NCBI GenBank assembly: GCA_963700285.1
Contig: CAVOXA010000001.1
Span: forward strand, 672,001-736,000
DNA length: 64,000 nt
Direction: 5' to 3'
Source of the DNA: an uncultured Chloroflexia bacterium
GTDB lineage: Bacteria; Chloroflexota; Anaerolineae; JAAYZQ01
Part shown: positions 1 to 8,311 of the stretch, piece after piece
How positions within the stretch are numbered: position 1 is the stretch's first letter
Layout of the letters: every line of letters begins with the position of its first letter
Notes under the pieces: model-generated
The model's database searches: none
What the model saw: the letters and a program-made list of their open reading frames with translations, nothing else
Told to the model about the DNA's origin: nothing
Position numbers and translations under genes: made by a program

Positions 1-106
1 TGACCAGATTGACCGTTTCGATCTCGCCATATTCGGCGAACAGCGTCCGCAATGTGTCCTCGGTTGTGTCGTAGCTCAGATTGCCTACGTACAGATTCTT
101 GGCCAT
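1..106 (-). CDS. RRM-domain RNA-binding protein (partial, runs off window start)
   Basis: Manual translation from ATG at 106: MAKNLYVGNLSYDTTEDTLRTLFAEYGEIETVNLV, containing the RNP2 motif LYVGNL. Not in the ORF track; lies 7 bp after the csp stop. Confidence 0.9.
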   Translation of the reverse strand, partial: MAKNLYVGNLSYDTTEDTLRTLFAEYGEIETVNLV

Positions 107-113
107 GATGTGC

Positions 114-329
114 CTACCAGCCTACCACAGTCACGTTGGTCGCCTGCAGTCCCTTTTGGCCCTGCTCGACGTTGAACTCGACGGTCTGCCCTTCCTCCAG
201 GTTCCGGAAACCCTCACCCTGGATGGCCGAAAAGTGGACAAAGACGTCGTCACTTCCCTCTCGGGCTATGAATCCAAAGCCCTTGCCGCCGTTGAACCAC
301 TTGACAGTACCAGTTTCTCTCTCAGACAT
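114..329 (-). CDS. cspA: Cold-shock domain protein
   Basis: GTVKWFN, KGFGFI (RNP1), VFVHFSAI (RNP2); 71 aa. Confidence 0.95.
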   Translation of the reverse strand: MSERETGTVKWFNGGKGFGFIAREGSDDVFVHFSAIQGEGFRNLEEGQTVEFNVEQGQKGLQATNVTVVGW

Positions 330-462
330 GTTACACCTTTCGTAGATGTTGTTAGGAGGAAGGTACAGCCGGTCTTCGCACAGAAAAATGGCCCAGACTC
401 GTAAAAGCCTGGGCGCTCATCGTCTTTGATCAAACCAGATTCTTACTTCATCCTACGCCTAT

Positions 463-491
463 AGGATACCATATTCGCTCGATTCTGTCAA
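463..491 (-). promoter_or_regulatory. sigma70-type promoter of the csp-RRM operon (long ~125-nt 5' UTR)
   Basis: TTGACA-17bp-TATCCT on the minus strand. Confidence 0.65.
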
Positions 492-510
492 ACTGTAATG
501 GGACCGTGGC

Positions 511-1251
511 CTATACCGCCTCGCCCTGCACTGCGTTCAGCCCGAGCCCCTGACGGAACATTTCGGCAAATGATTCGGGAAGACGGTTGGCGCGGATGGC
601 AGCCACCATCTGTTCCACGTCATAGTTCACCCGGTGGTGCTGTACCTGGACCTCTTTCGGCCCAATCTGCAAGAGGGAGTAGTGGGCGCGAGGATCGCCA
701 TCGACTGGCAACCCGACGCTGCCAGGATTAATGAACCAGATACCATCCACCTGGTGGGCAAAGGGCTTGTGGGTGCGACCACAGACGATGATGTTGGCCC
801 TGGCCTCATGAGCCAAGCCCACGAGAGCCTCTGGCGGGTCGTTGGGTCCGAGGCTCTTTCCACCAAGACCGGGGCAGTCGTGGGTCAATAATACCCGTCT
901 GCCTTTGGCCGTCATGCGCATCTCCCGGGACAGGAAGCGGAGGTACTTGTGGCTTTTCTTGGAGAGCTGTCCGTAGGCCCACTCGAGGGCCAGATACTCC
1001 TCCAAGCTTTTCTGTTTGCGCCAGCGTTCCTTACGCTTCTTGAATCGCAGGACCTGGTCGTCAAAGCTTCCGATCGTGTTGAGTATATCATCGCCCTGAA
1101 GCTGCTGGACCACCTCCTCGGGGAAGGCGCCGTAGCCCACAAGGTCGCCCGAGTTCCAGATCGCTTTGGCATCTTGCTCACGCGCATGGGCCAGTACCGC
1201 ATCGAGCGCCGGCAGGTTGGCGTGCACATCTCCGATCAAAGCAATCTTCAT
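511..1251 (-). CDS. Calcineurin-like metallophosphoesterase (YfcE/MJ0936-like), degenerate motifs
   Basis: GDVHAN, GDLVGYG, INPGSVG; GNH appears as GSF and GHTH as GRTH. Confidence 0.85.
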   Translation of the reverse strand: MKIALIGDVHANLPALDAVLAHAREQDAKAIWNSGDLVGYGAFPEEVVQQLQGDDILNTIGSFDDQVLRFKKRKERWRKQKSLEEYLALEWAYGQLSKKSHKYLRFLSREMRMTAKGRRVLLTHDCPGLGGKSLGPNDPPEALVGLAHEARANIIVCGRTHKPFAHQVDGIWFINPGSVGLPVDGDPRAHYSLLQIGPKEVQVQHHRVNYDVEQMVAAIRANRLPESFAEMFRQGLGLNAVQGEAV

Positions 1252-1257
1252 GAACCT

Positions 1258-3402
1258 TTACTCCTCGTTCCAAAGCCCCCGATGCTCGATCATCCACTGC
1301 TGTGAATCAAGCTCCGGTTCACCTTCCTGGGGGTGCACCCGTTTCCAGTTCCCCGTGGCCAGTAGCCGCCGGGCCTGCATGTTGTCCTTGAGATGAACAC
1401 ATAAGATATGCTCGTACACCGAATCCCGGAGGTCCGGATCTTCTATCGGAAAGAGCTGCTCGACGCGCCGGTCCAAGTTGCGTGGCATCAGGTCGGCGCT
1501 GCCCAACAGCAATTCGCTCTGGCCGCCATTCTGGAAGTAATAGATACGGGGATGCTCTAAGAATCGGCCTACCAAGGAGGTTACAGTGATATTTTCACTC
1601 ACGCCCGGTATACCTGGGCGCAGGCAGCAGATCCCCCGCACTTGCAGATCCACTTTCACGCCGGCCTGAGAGGCCCGGTACAGGGCCTGGATGCAGGCTT
1701 TGTCCACCAAAGAGTTCATCTTGAAGGCAAGCAACCCGTCGCCGTGCTCCTCTTGCCGCTTGATCTCACGATTGATGCGCTCGATGATTTCCTGTCGCAT
1801 CAAACCTGGTGCCACCAGCAACTTGCAGTACTCTTGCTTGTAGGAGTAGCCTGTCAGCACGTTGAAAAGCTCCGACACATCGGCGCTAAGGTCGGGGTCG
1901 CTCGTCATAAAGCCAATGTCAGAGTAGAGGCGAGCCGTGGTATCGTTATAATTACCTGTACTCATGTGGACATAACGCCTGATGCCGTCCCACTCCCGGC
2001 GGATCACAAGAAGAAGTTTGGCGTGGGTCTTGAGGCCTACCAGACCGTATACGACGTGCACGCCTGCTTCTTCTAGGGCTCGGGCCCAGACGATATTGTT
2101 CTCCTCGTCAAAACGGGCTTTTAGTTCCACCAGCACGGCAACTTGTTTTCCGTTCTCACGCGCTTTCCGAAGAGCATCAACCACGGGCGAGTCTGGGCCG
2201 GCTCGGTACAGCGTCTGCTTAATGGCCAATACATCCGGGTCCGCCGCCGCCTCCTGTACAAGATCCACGACGGGGGTAAAGCTATCGTAGGGGTGGTAGA
2301 GCAGCACGTCCTGCCGCTGGAGTACTGAAAAGATCGACTCATCCGTGGTCAAGGGCGGTGGCACCGCTGGTAGGAAGGGGGGATCCTTAAGCACAGGGTT
2401 GCTGATCTTTGTTAGCTCCATCAGGCTGGCCAGACCCAGAGGCGCGTCCCACGTATACACCTGGTAGGGAGCCAGTCCCAGGTTGGTGACAAGGATCTTG
2501 CGGATCCGCTCGGGCAGGTTGGTGTCCACCTCCAGCCGCACAGCAGAACCAAATTGCCGTTGCCGCACACTTACCTGGATTGCGGCCAAAAGATCAGCAG
2601 CTTCGTCTTCCTCGATCTCGGGCTCAGCATCACGGGTTACGCGGAAGGGATGGGCGGCCACAATCTCCATCCCAGGGAAAAGTAGATCCAGGTTGGCGGC
2701 GACGACTTCCTCCAACCAGACATAGTTGTTGGATGTGTCATCCAAGAGGCCCAAACTCTCATAGCTTTCGGCTACTTCTTCACCAGGAATGCGCAGCAGG
2801 CGAGGGAACACGGCTGGTACCTTCAGCCGGGCAAACCGCTCGCCATATCGTGGATCATTGAGTACAACGGCAAGGTTGATGCTTAGGTTGGAGATGTGCG
2901 GGAAGGGGTGCCCTGGATCAAAAGCCAACGGTGTCAGCGCTGGGAAAACCTCGCGTTCAAAGTAGCGGCGCAGCAACTTTCGCTGCTTGCCCTTGAGTTC
3001 GTCGTGGTCCAGGATGTCGATGCCAGCCTGCTCCAGTTTGGGCAACAGGTCATCTCGCCAACACTCTCCGTGCTGGTCAAGCATGGGCAACAACTCCTGG
3101 CGGATGGCCATCAACTGCTCGGCAGGCGTCATCCCATCTGGCGGCGTGTCAATAATGTCGGCTTCCAACTGTCGCCGAAGACCCGAGACGCGTATCATAA
3201 AGAACTCGTCCAGATTGCTGGCAAAGATCGACAGGAACTTGACTCGTTCCAACAGGGGGTGGCGTTCGTCAATCGCCTCCTCCAGTACGCGCCGGTTGAA
3301 ATGCAGCCAACTCAACTCCCGGTTGATGTACAAGCTGGGATCATTCAGGTCTATGGACTCGGTCATCTTCTGGTCCTTCTCACCCGCAACTTCAGTCATC
3401 AC
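1258..3402 (-). CDS. ppk1: Polyphosphate kinase 1
   Basis: YINRELSWL, SNLDEFFMIRV, HPFPHISN, ELKARFDEENN, KTHAK, GSADLMPRNLDRRVE. Confidence 0.97.
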   Translation of the reverse strand: MMTEVAGEKDQKMTESIDLNDPSLYINRELSWLHFNRRVLEEAIDERHPLLERVKFLSIFASNLDEFFMIRVSGLRRQLEADIIDTPPDGMTPAEQLMAIRQELLPMLDQHGECWRDDLLPKLEQAGIDILDHDELKGKQRKLLRRYFEREVFPALTPLAFDPGHPFPHISNLSINLAVVLNDPRYGERFARLKVPAVFPRLLRIPGEEVAESYESLGLLDDTSNNYVWLEEVVAANLDLLFPGMEIVAAHPFRVTRDAEPEIEEDEAADLLAAIQVSVRQRQFGSAVRLEVDTNLPERIRKILVTNLGLAPYQVYTWDAPLGLASLMELTKISNPVLKDPPFLPAVPPPLTTDESIFSVLQRQDVLLYHPYDSFTPVVDLVQEAAADPDVLAIKQTLYRAGPDSPVVDALRKARENGKQVAVLVELKARFDEENNIVWARALEEAGVHVVYGLVGLKTHAKLLLVIRREWDGIRRYVHMSTGNYNDTTARLYSDIGFMTSDPDLSADVSELFNVLTGYSYKQEYCKLLVAPGLMRQEIIERINREIKRQEEHGDGLLAFKMNSLVDKACIQALYRASQAGVKVDLQVRGICCLRPGIPGVSENITVTSLVGRFLEHPRIYYFQNGGQSELLLGSADLMPRNLDRRVEQLFPIEDPDLRDSVYEHILCVHLKDNMQARRLLATGNWKRVHPQEGEPELDSQQWMIEHRGLWNEE

Positions 3403-3529
3403 TCCTCGATGCCATCTGCTGTCTTTTGCTCAAGGGCAGCTTCATGCCGGACCGCTGCCACTTGCCTGGCGCAGTCGCAGATGGCCCCTTTCTTGTACCA
3501 AAGCCTAAACTTGGGCCGAGACGAGCAGG

Positions 3530-3558
3530 ATCATACCACACTTCGGTCCTAAAGTCAA
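3530..3558 (-). promoter_or_regulatory. sigma70-type promoter of ppk1
   Basis: TTGACT-17bp-TATGAT on the minus strand. Confidence 0.6.
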
Positions 3559-3623
3559 TCCTTCTGAGGAATCATTGAACCATAACCTGGGGTTCAGATT
3601 CGCAAAAGAACGAATGCAATAGC

Positions 3624-4922
3624 CTAGAGCAGACAGGCTCCCTCTTCCCCATGCCGCGGGTCGAGCAAGCGGAAGCTCATCCAGGTAGCGATTGCCATCA
3701 GTATCACACCGCTGGCCAGTAGGCCTGGGTAAGACCAGACGTCGACAAGTGCCCCGACCACCAGTGGCAGCAAGGCTACAGGAAGGAGCAGCGTATTCTG
3801 CAGTGCTACGCAGGTGGGGCGCAATTGTACCGGCGCCATCTCCAAGATAAAGTTAGGGTAACCCAAGCGCATGCCGCTAATCGTCGCACCCAACAGTGCA
3901 AAGACAAGAACAAAGAGGGTCTCTGTCGTCCACGGCGCCAGCAAGGCTAGCAGTGGAGCCAGCGTGCCGGTCAGGGCGGTACCAATAATCACCGTGCGGT
4001 TGCCGTAGCGGTCGCCCAGCCAGCCCCAGAGCAGATTTGAAACTGCCCCGCCCGCCATTTGGGCCGCCAGGTAGACGCCCACCATACCCGGATCGACGCC
4101 TACCTCGGAGCGGGCATAGAGTACGTAAAAGGGCGCCAGGGCCAATGCTGCGGTTGTCAACCCTCTTGCAGCAAGCAGCCGGCGAAAATTGAGATTCTGC
4201 CGGGCAAGCACGCCAGCCCTCCGCAGCAGGCCGCCCAGTGATTGGGAGACACGCTTGACTGGGTACACAGGCTCTTTGATCAAGGCGAAGCCAGTGAAGG
4301 CGACAAGCAAGCAGCCAGCGCTCAGCAGGAAGATCAGTGCGAAATTCTCGGCGTAGGGAAAGCGCTCTGGCCGGTCCAGGATGTACTTGACCACGTACCC
4401 TGCGCCGATGGCCAGCAGATAGCCCAACAATTGCCGCAACCCGGCAAAGAGACCCCGTCGCTGGGCTGGGATCGCCTTGGAGAACACGTCAGCGTAGACC
4501 ACCGTGCCCATGCCTCCAGCCATGGAAAAGAGGCCGAAGAGCAAGATCAATACGGCCAGCACCAGCTCTGGTTGAGTCTGAGCATAGGTCACGGTGAGAT
4601 AAGCCAACACAGCCCAGCTTACCCAGCGGATGGTGATGATCCACAGCAGGTAGGGCTTCTTTCGTGGTTTGTCCTCCACCAGGTAGGCGGTGAACATCTG
4701 GGGCAGTACCTCACCAATGCCCTGTACTGCTGCCATCAGGCCCACGGCCACAGGTGAATCGGTCAGGGTAGCTACAAAAGCAGGCAGGACGGTGTAGATG
4801 CTACCAAAGGCCGTGGAAGCCTGGAAAAAGACCCCGTGTACCAAACCAGCTGCAAAGTTTCGGTGATAGTAGCGTTCACTGTCCTCTTCGAACTGGGTCA
4901 GAGTAGGAGTATCATTGCTCAC
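3624..4922 (-). CDS. MFS transporter
   Basis: About 12 hydrophobic segments; motif-A-like GWLGDRYGNR. Confidence 0.88.
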   Translation of the reverse strand: MSNDTPTLTQFEEDSERYYHRNFAAGLVHGVFFQASTAFGSIYTVLPAFVATLTDSPVAVGLMAAVQGIGEVLPQMFTAYLVEDKPRKKPYLLWIITIRWVSWAVLAYLTVTYAQTQPELVLAVLILLFGLFSMAGGMGTVVYADVFSKAIPAQRRGLFAGLRQLLGYLLAIGAGYVVKYILDRPERFPYAENFALIFLLSAGCLLVAFTGFALIKEPVYPVKRVSQSLGGLLRRAGVLARQNLNFRRLLAARGLTTAALALAPFYVLYARSEVGVDPGMVGVYLAAQMAGGAVSNLLWGWLGDRYGNRTVIIGTALTGTLAPLLALLAPWTTETLFVLVFALLGATISGMRLGYPNFILEMAPVQLRPTCVALQNTLLLPVALLPLVVGALVDVWSYPGLLASGVILMAIATWMSFRLLDPRHGEEGACLL

Positions 4923-5063
4923 GCGCTCTCTCCATGGTCGGTTGTAGTTGTGACACAGGGTCCGTGATACGATACGTATGGCGCCGGTTCGCGCCTGGGC
5001 CAGCGGACTGCTATGATGGTCTCCAGTCGGATCAGGGGTTTCTGCCTGGAGGACTCTTGGTCA

Positions 5064-5150
5064 TCAGATATGTTCTTTTCCCTGCCAGCGTTCGGTGCCG
5101 GTGAATAACATGTGTTCCATAGCGGGATATGCCATTACTGTACGTATCAT
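5064..5150 (-). CDS. Candidate 28-aa small ORF/leader peptide (MIRTVMAYPAMEHMLFTGTERWQGKEHI)
   Basis: Strong SD AGGAGGTG just upstream of the ATG, directly after a consensus promoter. Confidence 0.35.
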   Translation of the reverse strand: MIRTVMAYPAMEHMLFTGTERWQGKEHI

Positions 5151-5169
5151 AGACCACCTCCTGGGACCC

Positions 5170-5198
5170 ATTTTACTCCTTCCCCGCCAGGGAGTCAA
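5170..5198 (-). promoter_or_regulatory. sigma70-type promoter (toward small ORF and MFS gene)
   Basis: TTGACT-17bp-TAAAAT. Confidence 0.6.
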
Positions 5199-5304
5199 CC
5201 CTCGACGTTGAGCAAAGTGAGGGATGGAATCCACAATCTCAGGTTCAGAGACATATGGGGGCTATTCCCCCCAGTTCCTGGGATCTGTCAGAAACCGCAA
5301 CCGA

Positions 5305-5333
5305 TTGACCCCAAATCTGGACTGTGATATACT
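5305..5333 (+). promoter_or_regulatory. sigma70-type promoter upstream of yraN-miaA
   Basis: TTGACC-17bp-TATACT. Confidence 0.65.
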
Positions 5334-5351
5334 CATGCTGGATGGATAGTA

Positions 5352-5483
5352 GGGCCCGCCCGAAATCATGGATAGCGGCAGCATAAGCCTGGCCTGTCCG
5401 AAATTCGTGTGCCTTGCGTGTTGAAGGACAGCAGCCATCGCACCAGTCAGATGCTACAGACTGTCCAGGGGTTGTATGGGCCC
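5352..5483 (+). ncRNA. Candidate rod-like structured RNA/leader (family unassigned)
   Basis: Nested pairings GGGCCC/GGGCCC, TGGATAG/CTGTCCA, AGCAT/ATGCT, TGGC-CTGTCC/GGACAG-CA-GCCA just downstream of the promoter. Confidence 0.3.
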
Positions 5484-5506
5484 GGCCGCAAGCGCTGGAG
5501 GATTGC

Positions 5507-5878
5507 GTGGCGATCGGTGATGACCGGCGGGGCTTGGGCCGGCGGGGTGAAGATCTTGCTGCCCAGCACCTGACCAGCAAGGGCTACGAGATCTTGGCCC
5601 ACAATTGGCGGTGTGGGGCCGGCGAATTGGACCTGGTGGCCAGCGACGGCGATTGCCTGGTTCTTGTGGAGGTACGGGCCCGCCGGGGTCGTGCGCTGGG
5701 CAGCCCCGAGGAATCGATAACCCTGTCCAAGCAGGCGAGGCTCGCCATCCTGGCCGAGGCCTACGTTCAAGCTCACGATTGGGCTGGAGACTATCGGATC
5801 GATGTGATCGCCATCGAGTTCGACCGGCGCGGGCGATTGCTCCGGATGGATCACTATGAGAACGCCGTTACAGGCTGA
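5507..5878 (+). CDS. yraN: YraN family (UPF0102) putative endonuclease
   Basis: GRRGEDLAAQHL, NWRCGAGELDLV, VEVRAR, YRIDVIAI; GTG start after GGAGG. Confidence 0.92.
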   Translation: MAIGDDRRGLGRRGEDLAAQHLTSKGYEILAHNWRCGAGELDLVASDGDCLVLVEVRARRGRALGSPEESITLSKQARLAILAEAYVQAHDWAGDYRIDVIAIEFDRRGRLLRMDHYENAVTG

Positions 5879-6920
5879 GCTACCTTGCCACGACTCGGGC
5901 CGTCTGAGGGAGGACGAGCACCCTCCTCTGGTTGCCATTGTAGGTCCGACGGCTGTGGGAAAAACCGCGCTTTCGCTACACCTGGCCGAGGTGCTGGGAG
6001 GTGAGGTTGTGTCGGCCGATTCCCGGCAGGTCTACTGCGGCATGGACATTGGTACGGCCAAAGCAAGCCTTGAGGAGCGGGCTCGCGTGCCTCACCACCT
6101 GCTGGATGTGGTGAATCCCGACCAGGTGCTCAGCCTGGCCCAGTACCAGGAGATGGCTTATGCAGCAGTGGATGCCATCCTTTTTCGGGGACATATTCCC
6201 TTTCTGGTCGGTGGGACCGGACAGTATGTGATGGCTGTCCTGGAGGGCTGGCAGGTGCCCCGGGTGCCGCCAGATCAGGCCGTGCGGCACCAGCTCTACC
6301 GCCAGGCAGAGGAAGAAGGGGCAGCGGTGCTTCACTCGCGGCTCCAGGCGCTGGATCCCGTGGCTGCCGGGCGCGTCGATGCTCGCAATATACGCCGTGT
6401 GGTCCGCGCTCTGGAGGTTTGCTTGGTCACCGGCCGGCCAATTTCGGAGCAGCAGGGGCGATCTCGGCCACCCTACCGCTGCCTGCTCGTTGGCCTGAAT
6501 TTGCCTCGCTCAGAACTCTACCGCCGCATCGATGTCCGGGTGGAGCGGATGGTGACCACTGGACTGGAGGCGGAGGTAAGGGGTCTGGTGGCGGCGGGTT
6601 ATGGCTTTGATCTACCGGCCATGTCCGGGGTGGGATATGGCCAATTTGCTCCGTACCTGGCCTGCGAGGCGACGCTGGATGAGGTGGTCGACCAGGTCAA
6701 GCGAGCCACGCGGCGTTTTGTGCGCCAACAGGGCAACTGGTTCCGCCTAAACGATAGTCGCATCCACTGGTTTGAGGCATACCCAGAACCCTTCATGGCC
6801 GTTCTGGATCTGGTATGCAGCTTTGTCACCTCACCTCCTGGAGGAGAGAATCAGCAGACCGAGGGCGGATCCCCTGGGGCGGAGTGGCCAGCAGTGCATC
6901 GACAGCCTCGTCAGATATAG
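5856..6920 (+). CDS. miaA: tRNA dimethylallyltransferase
   Basis: GPTAVGKT, SADSRQVY, DIGTAK, VGGTGQY, RRVVRALEV. Confidence 0.96.
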   Translation: MRTPLQAELPCHDSGRLREDEHPPLVAIVGPTAVGKTALSLHLAEVLGGEVVSADSRQVYCGMDIGTAKASLEERARVPHHLLDVVNPDQVLSLAQYQEMAYAAVDAILFRGHIPFLVGGTGQYVMAVLEGWQVPRVPPDQAVRHQLYRQAEEEGAAVLHSRLQALDPVAAGRVDARNIRRVVRALEVCLVTGRPISEQQGRSRPPYRCLLVGLNLPRSELYRRIDVRVERMVTTGLEAEVRGLVAAGYGFDLPAMSGVGYGQFAPYLACEATLDEVVDQVKRATRRFVRQQGNWFRLNDSRIHWFEAYPEPFMAVLDLVCSFVTSPPGGENQQTEGGSPGAEWPAVHRQPRQI

Positions 6921-7007
6921 ACTTGCTGCCAGATTTGGCCTGGCCCCGAGAAACGCGATACTTCTGACCCGATCTTGTGTTATATATCGTGGGAGGTGAC
7001 AGATATC

Positions 7008-8279
7008 ATGAGCAAAGAAATGCAGGAACCCTGCGGTAGGCGTAGGGTAGTGATCACTGGCATGGGGGCACTGACTCCGGTCGGTCTTACGGCTGAGGAT
7101 ACCTGGCAGGCCCTGCTCGCTGGCCAGTCGGGCATCGACAACATGTACCTGGAAGGTCTGGATGATTGCTCTTGCCAGATTGGCGGCGAGTTGAAGGGCT
7201 TTGACGCTGGCGACTACCTGGGCCGCAAAGAGGCAAAGCGGTTAGCTCGCTTTAGCCAGATAGCCGTAATCGCCGCGCAGATGGCCATGGAGGATTCGGG
7301 TCTTCAATTGAGCGATGAGGAGCGGGAAAACGCAGGCGTGGTACAAGGCACAGCCGTGGGTGGGACCGTGATCGAGGTCGAAGATGGCCTGCGCCTGCTG
7401 GGGGCCAAGAGCCTGTCGCGCATTTCGCCGAATCACCTGCTGGCGCTGCCACCCAACATGGCTGCCTTTCACATCGCCAAGACCCTTGGCTTCCACGGCT
7501 ATTGCAACACTACGGTGACTGCCTGTGCCGCCGGCGCGCAAGCCATCGGCGACGCTGCCGAGTGGATCCGCCACGGGCGCGCTGACGTGATGATCAGCGG
7601 CGGCAGCGAGGCAACGCTTACACCGGTGGCCGTGGCCAGTTTTGCCGTGATGCGGGCCCTGTCCACGCGGAATGGCGACCCGGCTGCATCCAGTCGCCCC
7701 TTTGACGCCCAACGGGATGGCTTTGTAATGAGCGAGGGTTCGGCCATCTTTGTTCTGGAGAGCCTGGACCATGCCTTGGCGCGGGGAGCCCGGATCTATG
7801 CTGAGGTGGTGGGATATGCGGCGAATAGCGATGGCTTTCACGTCATCGCACCCAACCCAGACCCCAGTGGCTCTATCAAAGCCATCCGCCAGTCCCTGGC
7901 AGACGCCGGCATCAGCCCTCAGGAAGTATCCTGGATCAACGCCCACGGTACCAGTACCCCGCTGGGGGATGTGGCCGAGACGAAGGCCATCAAAGAGGTA
8001 TTTGGTGAGCACGCCTACCAGGTGCCGATCAGCGCCAACAAGTCGATGCTGGGGCATGGGTTGGGATCTGCGGGCGCCATGGAGTCCCTGTCCTGCGTGA
8101 TGTCCTTTCGGGACAATATCATTCCGCCGACCATAAACCTGGACTACCCTGACCCGGAGTGTGACCTGGACTATGTACCCAACACTGCCCGAGAAGTCAA
8201 GGTGGACGTAGTCCTCAAGAACTCCTTTGGAATGGGCAACCAGAATACCTGCTTGGTTTTCAAGCGGTATACTGGGTAG
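7008..8279 (+). CDS. fabF: Beta-ketoacyl-ACP synthase II
   Basis: RRVVITGMG, TACAAG (catalytic Cys), NAHGTST, KSMLGH, NSFGMG. Confidence 0.95.
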   Translation: MSKEMQEPCGRRRVVITGMGALTPVGLTAEDTWQALLAGQSGIDNMYLEGLDDCSCQIGGELKGFDAGDYLGRKEAKRLARFSQIAVIAAQMAMEDSGLQLSDEERENAGVVQGTAVGGTVIEVEDGLRLLGAKSLSRISPNHLLALPPNMAAFHIAKTLGFHGYCNTTVTACAAGAQAIGDAAEWIRHGRADVMISGGSEATLTPVAVASFAVMRALSTRNGDPAASSRPFDAQRDGFVMSEGSAIFVLESLDHALARGARIYAEVVGYAANSDGFHVIAPNPDPSGSIKAIRQSLADAGISPQEVSWINAHGTSTPLGDVAETKAIKEVFGEHAYQVPISANKSMLGHGLGSAGAMESLSCVMSFRDNIIPPTINLDYPDPECDLDYVPNTAREVKVDVVLKNSFGMGNQNTCLVFKRYTG

Positions 8280-8311
8280 CGACTAACCGTACAACTGCAA
8301 GTTCTCGCTGG

